NCBI GenBank assembly: GCA_046483795.1
Contig: JAWOCM010000069.1
Span: 1,922-65,921, forward strand
DNA from: Desulfuromonadales bacterium
GTDB lineage: Bacteria > Desulfobacterota > Desulfuromonadia > Desulfuromonadales > JAWOCM01
Direction of reading: 5' to 3'
DNA length: 64,000 nucleotides
Shown here: piece by piece, positions 9,568-19,143 of the stretch
Numbering within the stretch: the stretch's first letter is position 1
Layout: every line of letters starts with the position of its first letter
Notes under the pieces: generated by a model
What the model saw: only the letters and a program-made list of their open reading frames with translations
Told to the model about the DNA's origin: nothing
Databases searched by the model: none
Program-made: the position numbers and the translations under genes

Positions 9568-9862
9568 TCCTGAGGGTAAGGGGTTGTCGATAAAAATATC
9601 ATGGCATTCGCGCCAGGCAAAGACAAGAATGAGGAAAGTGCGCAAGTTCGTAAACTTGACAGTTTCCCGGGACAATGGTAAAAACGGCTGGTTTTATCAT
9701 CGACGCCGATCAGATCCGTGATGTCGGAGGCGGCATGTCGTGGCCTTCCCTTTAGACCGCAAGCGGATACTGACGCAAGGTCGCTGCATTTTTTAACGAA
9801 TTGTTTAAAGAATCTGTTCCATTCGAAATTTTCGGGTGGTCATCACACAGGAGGACAAAAAC

Positions 9863-10276
9863 ATGGAAAAAACATTCGCCATTATCAAGCCTGATGCTTT
9901 TGCCGCCGGGTATGCCGGCAGGATCATCAGCCGTATTTATGAAGAGGGTTTCAAGGTTGTCGGCCTCAAAAAACTCTTCCTGAGCAAGACCGAAGCCGAG
10001 GGTTTCTACCATGTCCACAAGGAGCGTCCCTTTTTCGGTGAACTGACAGACTTCATGAGCGGCGGTTCCTGTGTCGTCATGGTTCTTGAAGCTGAAGATG
10101 CGGTCAGGAAATGGCGCGATCTCATGGGCGCCACCAATCCTGCCGAAGCAGCCGAAGGTACGCTGCGCAAAGAGTTTGGTGCTTCTATCGGCGAGAACGC
10201 TGTTCATGGCTCCGATGCACCGGAGACCGCCTCTTTCGAAATCGGATACTTTTTCTCCGGGCTTGAATTGCTTTAA
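9863..10276 (+). CDS. ndk: Nucleoside-diphosphate kinase
   Basis: [12 protein letters not shown]...[14 protein letters not shown] ribosome-binding site precedes the ATG at 9863. Confidence 0.95.
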   Translation: MEKTFAIIKPDAFAAGYAGRIISRIYEEGFKVVGLKKLFLSKTEAEGFYHVHKERPFFGELTDFMSGGSCVVMVLEAEDAVRKWRDLMGATNPAEAAEGTLRKEFGASIGENAVHGSDAPETASFEIGYFFSGLELL

Positions 10277-10365
10277 TCTTCCGGTGACTTTCAACTTGTT
10301 CCATCATAGCCCTTCGGATACAATCAGGAGGGCTATTTTTATACATAAACCAGGCAGGATCCGAT

Positions 10366-11415
10366 TTGCAGGACAAGGTTGATCTTAAAAATTTCGATCA
10401 GAACGATCTCGTCGGGTTTCTTTCCGGTCTGGGGAAGGAACGCTTCAGGGCCGGTCAGATTTTCCGCTGGATCTATCAGCGCGGGGTGACCTCTTTCGCT
10501 GCGATGACCGATCTCTCCAAGGATTTCCGCGGTGAACTTGAGCAGCGAGCGACTATATCCGACTGGATTCCGGAGGCTGTTGAAACAAGTCAGGACGGCA
10601 CGAGCAAGCTGCTTTTCCGGCTGGACGACGGTCAGGCTGTGGAGTCAGTACGCATTCCCATGGAAGGCGGGCGCACGACCCTGTGCATATCGACCCAGGT
10701 CGGTTGCGCCATGCGCTGTTCCTTCTGTCTGACCGGTGCTTTCGGGCTGGTGCGCAATCTGACAGCGGCCGAGATCGTCAATCAGGTCTGTTCGGCGGCC
10801 AGAGAGGGACACATCAACAACATCGTCCTCATGGGAATGGGCGAGCCTCTGGACAATCTCGACAACGTTGTCAAGGCCGTCTCCATCCTCAACGAAGACA
10901 ACGGTTTCGGTTTCGGCGCGCGCAAAGTGACCCTTTCTACTTCCGGACTGGTGCCGGCAATGCGGGAGCTGGCACAGCGCGTCCGGGTCAATCTGGCGGT
11001 GTCGCTCAATGCCACAACCGATGAGGTGCGAGACCGTCTGATGCCGATCAATCGGCGGTATCCTCTGCGTGAACTGATGTCCGCGTGCCGCGATTTTCCT
11101 CTGCCCCCAAGCCAGCGGATCACCTTCGAATACATCCTCATACAGGGCGTGAACGACAGCGTTGCGGATGCCAGGCGCCTTGTGAAGCTGCTGCACGGCA
11201 TCAAAGCCAAGGTCAATCTGATCCCGTTCAACGAGCACGAGGGGTCGGCTTTTCTCTCCCCCTCCGAAGATGCTTTGCAGGATTTTCAAAGTTGTCTGCT
11301 CGATCGCAATATCGTCGCAATCCGGCGGTCGAGCAAAGGCCAGGATATCTCAGCCGCCTGTGGTCAGCTCAAGGGCCGGCTCGACAAGGAGCAGGAGAAA
11401 CTTCCGGCTCCCTGA
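10366..11415 (+). CDS. rlmN: 23S rRNA/tRNA m2A2503 methyltransferase RlmN (radical SAM)
   Basis: [14 protein letters not shown]...[20 protein letters not shown]...LMGMGEPL...VNLIPFN. Confidence 0.95.
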   Translation: MQDKVDLKNFDQNDLVGFLSGLGKERFRAGQIFRWIYQRGVTSFAAMTDLSKDFRGELEQRATISDWIPEAVETSQDGTSKLLFRLDDGQAVESVRIPMEGGRTTLCISTQVGCAMRCSFCLTGAFGLVRNLTAAEIVNQVCSAAREGHINNIVLMGMGEPLDNLDNVVKAVSILNEDNGFGFGARKVTLSTSGLVPAMRELAQRVRVNLAVSLNATTDEVRDRLMPINRRYPLRELMSACRDFPLPPSQRITFEYILIQGVNDSVADARRLVKLLHGIKAKVNLIPFNEHEGSAFLSPSEDALQDFQSCLLDRNIVAIRRSSKGQDISAACGQLKGRLDKEQEKLPAP

Positions 11416-11431
11416 ACATTTTTTCAGATTC

Positions 11432-11466
11432 CCCGGTCTTTTACAGTCAGCGGGCCGGGTTTTTTT
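11432..11466 (+). terminator. Candidate intrinsic terminator after rlmN
   Basis: cccggtc...ggccggg stem followed by seven T. Confidence 0.45.
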
Positions 11467-11480
11467 GGGAGGTTATCGAC

Positions 11481-12344
11481 ATGTCGCAACCTGTTTTCGG
11501 CGTCATCGGGGGCAGCGGTCTCTATGAGATCGAGGGACTGACCGATGTTCGAGAAGAGAAAGTTACCACTCCTTTTGGTGAACCGTCCGATTCGTTTATC
11601 ACCGGAGATCTGCATGGGGTGAAGATGGTTTTCCTTCCCCGTCATGGCCGGGGGCATCGTTATCTGCCTTCGGAAGTGCCTTATCGCGCCAATATTTACG
11701 GATTGAAGAAAATGGGCGTCGAGAGGATCATTTCTGTTTCTGCAGTCGGCAGCATGAAGGAAGAGATCGCCCCGGGACACATCGTGATCCCCGATCAGTT
11801 TTTCGATCGCACCCAGGGCAAGCGTGATTCGACTTTTTTCGGCAACGGCATTGCCGGACATGTCCAGTTCGCCGACCCGCTGTGCCAGGAGCTTTCCGGA
11901 GTGCTGGCTGAAGCAGCCCGGGAAGTGGGAGCTTCCGTTCATGAAGGCGGAACCTATATCTGCATCGAGGGGCCGAATTTCTCGACCCGGGCCGAATCGA
12001 AAATTTACCGCAGCTGGGGTGTCGACGTCATCGGGATGACCAATATTCCCGAAGCACGCCTCGCCAGGGAAGCGGAGATATGTTACGGCACCGTAGCCCT
12101 GGCCACCGATTACGACTGCTGGCACGACGGCCATGATGACGTCTCCGTGGAGGCGGTCCTGCAGATTATCAAGCAGAATGTCGCAAAGGCCCGTCTTATC
12201 ATCGATGCGACGGTTAAGCAGATGAGCGAGGAACGCTCCTGTGAATGCACAGAGGCTCTCAAATATGCCGTTATGACCGATCCGGCCCTGATTCCCGACG
12301 AAACGAGAAAGAACTTATCGCTTCTGTTGGATAAATATCTCTAG
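11481..12344 (+). CDS. mtnP: S-methyl-5'-thioadenosine phosphorylase
   Basis: MSQPVFGVIGGSGLY...FLPRHGRGHRYLPSEVPYRANIYGLKKMGV...GMTNIPEARLAREAEICY. The ATG at 11481 has a GGGAGG ribosome-binding site. The 11085 track start is an out-of-context extension through rlmN. Confidence 0.9.
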   Translation: MSQPVFGVIGGSGLYEIEGLTDVREEKVTTPFGEPSDSFITGDLHGVKMVFLPRHGRGHRYLPSEVPYRANIYGLKKMGVERIISVSAVGSMKEEIAPGHIVIPDQFFDRTQGKRDSTFFGNGIAGHVQFADPLCQELSGVLAEAAREVGASVHEGGTYICIEGPNFSTRAESKIYRSWGVDVIGMTNIPEARLAREAEICYGTVALATDYDCWHDGHDDVSVEAVLQIIKQNVAKARLIIDATVKQMSEERSCECTEALKYAVMTDPALIPDETRKNLSLLLDKYL

Positions 12345-12499
12345 AAAATGGTTCCGGACTCTTGCCTGAGTGAACTTTGTTTGATTAAACTGTTGGAAGA
12401 AACAATGAAACAGTAGATAAGCCTGGCCTATACCCATGGCGGCGGTCGGTTCGCGTCCTTCCATCCTGAGAATCCGGTCTGGTCATCAGGGAGAGTCCT

Positions 12500-13495
12500 A
12501 TGTTCCACTGGCGAAAAGAGATAGAAAAGATTGATGTTCCGGCAGAGAGAATTGTGCATCTGATGCATTCTCTCGGGACCGTCCAGGTCGCTCATCCCGG
12601 CCATCCAACGCAGATGGCTGAAGCTTATCTCTGTGCGTTTGCGACCAAAAAAGGCTATCGTGTTTCGGCCGTCTTGAAAATGCTCTCAAGCCAGGTGCTC
12701 GCTTTTTACTTTAATGAGGGGGGAGAGTTACCGAATGCTGCCCTGGGAAAAGCTGTTGAAGAAGGCCGGCGATTTCTTGAGACAATGGGTTTTTTCCTTG
12801 CTGATGATGATGAATTTGCCAGGTTGAAAGGCGCAAAAAAGACTGAATACTGGAACAGGCATATCCTCAAAACGGGGGCATTCCGGGGCCGCGTTCTTCC
12901 GGAAGAAAAAACGGCTGCCGCCCCGCCGGCAGACAGCGAAGAACCGGAAAGAGTTGCGGAAGTTGAGGAATTAGAAGAGGTTGAAGACGTTGAGCAGATA
13001 GACGAGGCCGAAGAGAAGCGCAAGGCCGAAGAGGAGCGCAAGGCCGAGGAGAAGCGCAAGGCCGAGGAGAAGCGCAAGGCCGAAGAGGAGCGCAAGGCCG
13101 AGGAGGAGCGCAAGGCTGAAGAGGAGCGCAAGGCTGAAGAGGAGCGCAAGGCTGAAGAGGAGCGCAAGGCTGAAGAGGAGCGCAAGGCTGAGGAGGAGCG
13201 CAAGGCTGAGGAGGAGCGCAAGGCTGAGGAGGAGCGCAAGGCTGAGGAGGAGCGCAAGGCTGAGGAGGAGCGCAAGGCCGAGGAGAAACGCAAGGCCGAG
13301 GAGAAACGCAAGGCCGAGGAGAAACGCAAGGCCGAGGAGAAACGCAAGGCCGAGGAGAAACGCAAGGCCGAGAAGGAACGCAAGGCCGAGAAGGAACGCA
13401 AGGCCGAGAAGGAGCGCAAGGCCGAAGGGGCAGGGATGGAAAAAGAGAAAGAGCTTATTCGCGAGAAACTCGGTCGCTTATTGGCATCATTTTAG
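12500..13495 (+). CDS. Hypothetical protein: unrecognised about 165-aa N-terminal domain plus long ER/K (EERKAE)n repeat tract
   Basis: Long ORF ending 10 nt before the next gene. The C-terminal 140 aa are hexapeptide repeats. Confidence 0.6.
   Translation: MFHWRKEIEKIDVPAERIVHLMHSLGTVQVAHPGHPTQMAEAYLCAFATKKGYRVSAVLKMLSSQVLAFYFNEGGELPNAALGKAVEEGRRFLETMGFFLADDDEFARLKGAKKTEYWNRHILKTGAFRGRVLPEEKTAAAPPADSEEPERVAEVEELEEVEDVEQIDEAEEKRKAEEERKAEEKRKAEEKRKAEEERKAEEERKAEEERKAEEERKAEEERKAEEERKAEEERKAEEERKAEEERKAEEERKAEEERKAEEKRKAEEKRKAEEKRKAEEKRKAEEKRKAEKERKAEKERKAEKERKAEGAGMEKEKELIREKLGRLLASF
13009..13422 (+). repeat. About 23 tandem copies of an 18-bp in-frame unit (gag-gag/aaa-cgc-aag-gcy-gar)
   Basis: Direct reading shows blocks of EEKRKA, EEERKA (11 consecutive), EEKRKA (5) and EKERKA (3). 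The copies differ mainly at synonymous gcc/gct and gaa/gag positions. Confidence 0.95.
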
Positions 13496-13504
13496 GAGCT
13501 AGGT

Positions 13505-14266
13505 GTGAAAAATATTGTTTATTTCCCTTTATTATTTCTGCTGCTGGTATCTTTAATCGGTTGCAGCAGTTCCAGCAAATCCAATACGACCCAAAATGAA
13601 GCAGAAGTTCATTTTACGCTCGGCGTGTCTTACCTGCGCGAACCCAATCCGACTTTGGCTCTTAAGGAGTTCTTGAAGGCATCCGAGATCAAACCAGAGA
13701 GTCCGAAAATTCAGAATGGTCTCGGGCAGGCCTATTTTATGAAAAAAGCTTACGACAAGGCGGAAAAACACTTTCTCAGGGCCATTGAGCTGACACCGGA
13801 CAATCCACAGTTTCATAACAACCTGGCGGCGCTTTATCTGGACATGAACCGCTTTGATGATGCGATGGTCCATTTTCAGCAGGCTTCGGATAATCTCCTC
13901 TTCCAACGTCCGGAAGTCGCCCTGACAGGACTGGGTCTTGCTCATTACAAAAAAAGTAATTACCGTGAGGCTGCACGCGCTTACAAAAAAGCACTGGATG
14001 CGAATCCTCGCTATTACAGAGCCCACTTTCACCTCGGCGAGGCCTATTATGCTCTCGATAAAGTCGCTCTGGCTATTGACGAATTTCGTGAAGCCCTCCG
14101 GATTGTTCCCGAAAATCCGCGGATCCAGTATCGCCTGGCGTTGGCCCTTGTGAAGGCCAGAAAGACAGACGAAGCCAGGCTGCTTTTTCAGAAAATAGTC
14201 TCATCTGTCCCCAATTCGGAGCTCGGTCGGAATTCTCTCAACTACCTGCAAATCCTGGAAAAATAG
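13505..14266 (+). CDS. TPR-repeat lipoprotein, PilW/PilF-like (type IV pilus biogenesis/stability family)
   Basis: GTG start. Lipobox LVSLIGCSS. Repeated TPR motifs (AxxxFxxAlxxxPxxxxaxxxLg). Confidence 0.7.
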   Translation: MKNIVYFPLLFLLLVSLIGCSSSSKSNTTQNEAEVHFTLGVSYLREPNPTLALKEFLKASEIKPESPKIQNGLGQAYFMKKAYDKAEKHFLRAIELTPDNPQFHNNLAALYLDMNRFDDAMVHFQQASDNLLFQRPEVALTGLGLAHYKKSNYREAARAYKKALDANPRYYRAHFHLGEAYYALDKVALAIDEFREALRIVPENPRIQYRLALALVKARKTDEARLLFQKIVSSVPNSELGRNSLNYLQILEK

Positions 14267-14296
14267 TTTACTGGTCGGCGTTGACATGCTCCTTGC

Positions 14297-14326
14297 AAAG
14301 AGGCCTCTGAGAAGGGGCCTCTTTTG
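14297..14326 (+). terminator. Intrinsic terminator after the TPR gene
   Basis: agaggcc / ggcctct stem followed by tttt. Confidence 0.5.
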
Positions 14327-14359
14327 TGATGTATCGCCGCCGCGAGGAGAGACGGTTCT

Positions 14360-15175
14360 ATGAATGGAGTTTCAGACCGACAATCGCTGGAAGCCTTTGT
14401 TGATTTCCTGCAGGAAGACCCACTGGATACAGCGATTATTCTGGGGTCCGGCCTGGGGAGTCTGGCCGATCGCGTCGCGCAGGCTCGTATTATCGCCTAC
14501 GAAGATATCCCTGGATTCCCTTCTGCTCAAGTCGCCGGACACGGTGGGCGGCTCGTGCTGGGCAGTCTCGGGGCAAAGCGGGTCGCTGTTTTTCAGGGAC
14601 GTTTCCATCTATATGAAGGATATACAGCCAGAGAAGCGGTGATCAACGTCATCCTGGCTCACGCTCTGGGTTGTCGCCGGATCCTTCTTTCCTGCGCTGC
14701 CGGCGGTGTCTGTCCTGATTTCAGGGCCGGCGATTTCATGATCGTCAAAGATCATATCAATCTCCTGGGTGACAATCCGCTCCGGGGCCGGACACGCGAG
14801 CCTTTTGTCGATCTCTCCGAATTGTACAAATTCTCATTTTTGCAGCAGCTGCAGGAATGTGCCCTGGAGAATAAAATCCGCCTTCAAAGCGGGATTCTGA
14901 CGGCTCTGCCCGGTCCGTCTTACGAGACACCGGCCGAGATACGAATGGTTGAGCGTCTTGGCGGCGATGCCGTCTCCATGTCGACTGTACCGGAGGCCAT
15001 CATGTCCAGATACCTCGGCCTGGAGGTTGCCGCTCTGGCTTTTATTTCCAACAGGGCGGCCGGATTATCGGATGAGCTCCTGACGCATCGGGACGTTCTG
15101 GCTCGCGCCCGGCAGGGGAGCAGCGATTTTTGCACTTTGGCCTGTCGAATGCTGGATCTTTGGGGCACAGAGTAA
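14360..15175 (+). CDS. Purine-nucleoside phosphorylase (trimeric PNP/PunA type)
   Basis: IILGSGLG...GFPSAQVAGHGGRLVLG...FQGRFHLYEGY...GPSYETPAEIRM...GGDAVSMSTVPE. Confidence 0.9.
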   Translation: MNGVSDRQSLEAFVDFLQEDPLDTAIILGSGLGSLADRVAQARIIAYEDIPGFPSAQVAGHGGRLVLGSLGAKRVAVFQGRFHLYEGYTAREAVINVILAHALGCRRILLSCAAGGVCPDFRAGDFMIVKDHINLLGDNPLRGRTREPFVDLSELYKFSFLQQLQECALENKIRLQSGILTALPGPSYETPAEIRMVERLGGDAVSMSTVPEAIMSRYLGLEVAALAFISNRAAGLSDELLTHRDVLARARQGSSDFCTLACRMLDLWGTE

Positions 15176-15281
15176 CGACAGTCCGGATATTATTTAAACA
15201 ATTTCAGAGGCAGATGTTGCCCCTCCTCTTTAAGTGTCCGAATTTATTAGAAAAAATTGTCTGGTTTGATTTGAGGCTATC

Positions 15282-15309
15282 TTGACACCCCGTCGCGGCA
15301 TGCTAGACT
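15282..15309 (+). promoter_or_regulatory. Candidate sigma70-type promoter
   Basis: TTGACA-16 nt-TAGACT, about 30 nt upstream of the response-regulator start. Confidence 0.3.
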
Positions 15310-15339
15310 ATTTTCAAAATAGCGATGGAGTAAAATCTT

Positions 15340-15714
15340 TTGGGTGCCAAGAATAAAAGTATACTTATCGTCGATGATGAGGAAAATGCGCGAATGGGCT
15401 TGAGCGAGCTTCTCGCCCAGGAAGGCTATGGAGTTGACGCTGTTGCCGATGGCAATGACGCCCTGGAATATTTGAGTAAAAAAAACGCCAGTCTGGTCAT
15501 TACGGATATACGGATGCCCGGTATGGACGGGATGTCCTTCCTGCGTGAACTCAATCGTCGTTTCCCGGAAACGGATGTCATTATGATGACAGCCTACGGA
15601 GGTGTGGAAACCTATCTGGAGGCGATGAATCTGGGGGCCTTCGAATACATCAACAAGCCGGTCAGGCTGGACGAACTGAAATCGGTCATGAAGAAGGTAT
15701 TCAACCGGCAGTGA
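15340..15714 (+). CDS. Single-domain response regulator (receiver)
   Basis: ILIVDDEENAR...LVITDIRMPGMDG...MMTAYG...INKP. TTG start. Confidence 0.85.
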   Translation: MGAKNKSILIVDDEENARMGLSELLAQEGYGVDAVADGNDALEYLSKKNASLVITDIRMPGMDGMSFLRELNRRFPETDVIMMTAYGGVETYLEAMNLGAFEYINKPVRLDELKSVMKKVFNRQ

Positions 15715-15766
15715 TTCCTTTGAAAGGGGCGGTTGGCCGGCAAACTCAATTCATCAGGAGAGGGAT

Positions 15767-16213
15767 ATGAAAGAACTCAAAGCCATAGTGTTCGCCACCG
15801 ATTTCTCGGAAAGCTCTGATTTCTCTTTCGATTACGCATTTTCATTAACCAAGAAATACAATGCCAGCCTGTATGTTGTCCACGTCATCAATGAACCGGT
15901 GGACTTGCGTGGGTTTTATGTTCCTCATATGTCCTTCGACAAACTCGAAGAGGAGATAGAGGAAGGAGCGCAGAAAATGATGGACAAATTCTGTCGGACC
16001 CATATCAAGGATTACGACAATTACGAGTCTGCCATCCTTCCCGGGATCCCCCATGAGGAAATCATCAACAAGGCGCAGGAGGTTGATGCCGATCTGATCG
16101 TCATGGGAACCCATGGCCGCACCGGCATCGACCATGTCCTTTTCGGCAGTACCGCAGAAAAAGTGGTGCGTAAATCTCCTGTTCCCGTTATGACGGTGCG
16201 CATTCAGGAATAA
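15767..16213 (+). CDS. Universal stress protein (UspA family)
   Basis: IVFATDFSESS...LYVVHV...LIVMGTHGRTGIDHVLFGSTAEKVVRKSPVPVMTV. Confidence 0.9.
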   Translation: MKELKAIVFATDFSESSDFSFDYAFSLTKKYNASLYVVHVINEPVDLRGFYVPHMSFDKLEEEIEEGAQKMMDKFCRTHIKDYDNYESAILPGIPHEEIINKAQEVDADLIVMGTHGRTGIDHVLFGSTAEKVVRKSPVPVMTVRIQE

Positions 16214-16241
16214 ACGGCCTGCAAAGACCGGCAAGACAGAA

Positions 16242-16270
16242 AGGCGACCGCTCCGGTCGCCTTTTTCTTT
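16242..16270 (+). terminator. Intrinsic terminator after usp
   Basis: aggcgaccg-ctc-cggtcgcct followed by tttttcttt. Confidence 0.7.
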
Positions 16271-16364
16271 GAAGTTTGCATGGTTCGGAGTCTTGTCAAA
16301 ATTCACAGGGCAAGGTATTCTACGGGACGATTTCGCCTGACATGAACGAGGCGCGGAGACGAAT

Positions 16365-17537
16365 ATGAGCAGCAAGATTCTGGTCGTGGACGATGAAAAA
16401 GTCATCCTCGATCTGACCTCGATTATCCTCACGGCCAAGGGCTTCGATGTTCTGACGGCAGAAAACGGTCAGGAGGGGCTCGAGCGTATTGCAGAAGAAC
16501 AACCCGATCTGGTGTTGCTCGATTATATGATGCCGGGAATGGACGGCATGACAGCTTTGCGTGAAATCCGCGTTCGCTTTCCGGATGTTTACGTCATCAT
16601 GTTTACGGGCAAGGGCAGTGAGGAAATTGCCGTTGATCTGATGAAAGCCGGCGCATCCGACTATATTCTCAAGCCCTTCAGTAATCAGGATCTGCTGGAT
16701 CGTATTGAGAATGTTTTGAGGATTCGACGCATTGAAATTCATAACCGTCAGTTGCGCGAAGAACGTGAACACCTGCTGCGTGAGATCGAGGAATGGAATC
16801 AGGAGCTCGAAGCACGGGTCGAGCAGAAAAGTGCCGAACTGAAACAGGCCCATGCAGAGATTGTGCAAACGGAAAAATTGGCCGCTCTTGGTCACCTGGC
16901 CGGAGGCATGGCCCATGAGATCCGCAACCCCCTCAATTCCATCAATCTTTTCACCCAGATCCTTAAATCCTCCTGTCCTCCAGAAGACGGCAACCTGGTC
17001 TATATCGACAAAATATTCCAGGAAGTCGATCGCATTGACGATATATTGATCAAGCTGCTGCATGCCAGTAAGAGACCCCGCTTCCAACTGGAATCTCTGG
17101 ATGTCACCGATGTTATCGAGCATGTTCTGGAGTCTTTCGGTGAGCAGACCAGGTCGCAGAATATCGAAATCGACAAGGATTATTCTCCGGGATTGCAGCC
17201 GATTATGGCCGATCCCACTGAAATCGAGCAGGTCTTCAGCAATCTCTTTTCCAACTCCATTTATGAAATATCCGGCGGTGGGCGGATTGCTGTCAAACTG
17301 TGGCAGGATGATGAAGATGTTCACGTCGTCGTTTCCGACAGCGGCGGAGGCATCCCGCCCGAAAATCTCAATACCATCTTCGACCCGTTCTTTACCACCA
17401 AGGAGAAAGGGACCGGGTTCGGCCTTTCCGTGGTTCTGCGGATCATAAAAGCTTATGGCGGCAAGATTTCCGTTGACAGCACGCCGGGCGAGGGCACCAC
17501 ATTCAATATCAGGCTTCCCCGGACCCCGCGGGATTGA
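16365..17537 (+). CDS. Hybrid sensor histidine kinase (N-terminal receiver, coiled coil, HisKA, HATPase_c)
   Basis: ILVVDDEKV...[11 protein letters not shown]; H-box [13 protein letters not shown]; ATP lid DSGGGIP...GTGFGLSV. Confidence 0.9.
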   Translation: MSSKILVVDDEKVILDLTSIILTAKGFDVLTAENGQEGLERIAEEQPDLVLLDYMMPGMDGMTALREIRVRFPDVYVIMFTGKGSEEIAVDLMKAGASDYILKPFSNQDLLDRIENVLRIRRIEIHNRQLREEREHLLREIEEWNQELEARVEQKSAELKQAHAEIVQTEKLAALGHLAGGMAHEIRNPLNSINLFTQILKSSCPPEDGNLVYIDKIFQEVDRIDDILIKLLHASKRPRFQLESLDVTDVIEHVLESFGEQTRSQNIEIDKDYSPGLQPIMADPTEIEQVFSNLFSNSIYEISGGGRIAVKLWQDDEDVHVVVSDSGGGIPPENLNTIFDPFFTTKEKGTGFGLSVVLRIIKAYGGKISVDSTPGEGTTFNIRLPRTPRD

Positions 17538-17550
17538 TCGGCAAGGCGCC

Positions 17551-19143
17551 ATGGCATTACAGGTAAGGGAGATTTCGCTGGGGCTCGAGCAGGATGAAAC
17601 ACATCTTCGGCTCAAAGTGGCGAATGCCCTCGGGCTCGACCCTGAAGAAATCGACAACCTGTCGATCGTGCGAGTCTCTTTCGATGCGCGCCGCAAGCCC
17701 AGAATTTACAAGATCTATACGGTTCAGTTCACCGTTGAGAACGAGCAGGCTCTTTTAACGCGTCAGTCCCGTAATCAGAGGTTGCAGAAGGTTGCACGCC
17801 CTGAGTTGCCGGATCTGCCACCGGTTCCGACACCGCGCCGGGCTATGGTTGTCGGGATGGGACCGGCCGGTCTTTTCGCGGCGCTTCGCCTGGCTCGCCA
17901 GGGAGTCAGTGTGTGCCTGATCGAACGAGGACGACCGGTGGAAAGCCGCGTCCGGGACGTGAGAGGGTTCTGGTCGGGCGGGGAGCTTGATCCTGTCAGC
18001 AACGTTCAGTTCGGAGAAGGCGGTGCAGGAACCTTTTCCGACGGCAAACTGACGACACGCATCAATCACCCCTGGATGCGTTTCGTCCTCCAGACGCTCG
18101 TAGGATTCGGGGCCCCGGAGGAGATCCTGGTGCAGTCCAAACCGCATATCGGCACCGATCGTCTGCGGCTGGTGCTGATCAATTTCCGCCAGGCCCTGAA
18201 GGAACTCGGCGTGGAGATCCGTTACGAGAGCCGCCTCACCGGTTTCGTTCAGAAGCAGAACACGTTGCAGGCCGCAATCGTTAACGAGACAGAGGAGTTT
18301 CCCTGCGATACACTGGTGCTCGCCCCCGGCCACAGTGCCCGGGACACCTACAGCATGCTCGATACTTCGGGTGTCGCCATGGAGGCCAAACCCTTTGCCG
18401 TAGGGGTGAGGGTGGAACACCCCGCTGAGCTGATCAACGCCATCCAGTTCGGCCACCCGAACCATCCGCAGTTGCCGGCAGCCGAATACGCCCTGACCTT
18501 CAATGATCGCGAAACAGGTCGCGGAACCTATTCTTTCTGTATGTGCCCGGGCGGCGAGGTTGTCAATGCCTCTTCCGAGGCCGGTGCTCTTGTGGTCAAC
18601 GGCATGAGTTCTCTGGCTCGGGCCGGGTCCACGTCCAACAGCGCCCTGGTCGTGACAGTGCGGCAGGACGACCTGCCCGGTGAGTCACCTCTGGCCGGCG
18701 TCCGGTTTCAACGCGAATGGGAACGTCTGGCTTTTCAGACAGGCGGTGGCGGTCATCTGGCACCGGCCGAGAATATGATGGCCTTTCTCGGCCGTGGCAA
18801 GGGCCCCATCCGCTCTACCTGCCGCCCCGGCATTGCAGAGGCTTCTCTGCAGGAGACTCTGCCCGGTTTCGTTGTCGACGGCTTGCGCAGGGCCCTGCCG
18901 CATTTCGACCGCCGAATGCGCGGATTCGTCACTGCAGAAGCGACACTGATCGGGGTCGAAACGCGAACATCGTCGCCGGTGTGGATCTTGCGAAATGAAG
19001 AAGGAGAGTCGATCTCCCACCAGGGGCTTTTCCCCTGCGGAGAAGGGGCCGGATATGCAGGCGGCATCATGAGCGCGGCTCTTGACGGATTGCGTACAGC
19101 CGGCCATGTTGTTGATAAACCCGTGACAGGAGAAAAAATTTGA
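17551..19143 (+). CDS. NAD(P)/FAD-dependent oxidoreductase (COG2509-type uncharacterised FAD-dependent dehydrogenase)
   Basis: The ATG at 17551 lies after the kinase stop. Dinucleotide fold VVGMGPAGLFAALRLARQG...ERG, then FGEGGAGTFSDGKL and GEGAGYAGGIMSAALDG. Confidence 0.8.
   Translation: MALQVREISLGLEQDETHLRLKVANALGLDPEEIDNLSIVRVSFDARRKPRIYKIYTVQFTVENEQALLTRQSRNQRLQKVARPELPDLPPVPTPRRAMVVGMGPAGLFAALRLARQGVSVCLIERGRPVESRVRDVRGFWSGGELDPVSNVQFGEGGAGTFSDGKLTTRINHPWMRFVLQTLVGFGAPEEILVQSKPHIGTDRLRLVLINFRQALKELGVEIRYESRLTGFVQKQNTLQAAIVNETEEFPCDTLVLAPGHSARDTYSMLDTSGVAMEAKPFAVGVRVEHPAELINAIQFGHPNHPQLPAAEYALTFNDRETGRGTYSFCMCPGGEVVNASSEAGALVVNGMSSLARAGSTSNSALVVTVRQDDLPGESPLAGVRFQREWERLAFQTGGGGHLAPAENMMAFLGRGKGPIRSTCRPGIAEASLQETLPGFVVDGLRRALPHFDRRMRGFVTAEATLIGVETRTSSPVWILRNEEGESISHQGLFPCGEGAGYAGGIMSAALDGLRTAGHVVDKPVTGEKI

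Noticed and set aside
11085-11480. 5' extensions of track ORFs (11085 for mtnP; also 29445 for the ABC ATPase, 17455 for the oxidoreductase, 35234 for asmA, 35123 and 32780 for hcp, 9675 for the L,D-transpeptidase)
   Set aside because: The extensions run through upstream genes or terminators in another frame context. Internal ATG or GTG codons with Shine-Dalgarno sequences give the canonical family N-termini.
12706-13419. 237-aa minus-strand ORF made of SSALR repeats
   Set aside because: It is the mirror image of the 18-bp tandem repeat. It stays open only because the repeat unit lacks stop codons on the complement. The plus-strand ORF has a proper unique N-terminal domain and operon context.
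13009-13422. Possible CRISPR array (regular short repeats)
   Set aside because: The units are contiguous with no spacers, the period is 18 bp, the array is in frame inside an ORF, and there are no cas genes.
16320-17696. 458-aa minus-strand ORF
   Set aside because: It is antisense to the hybrid histidine kinase, which has clear H-box and ATP-lid motifs on the plus strand.
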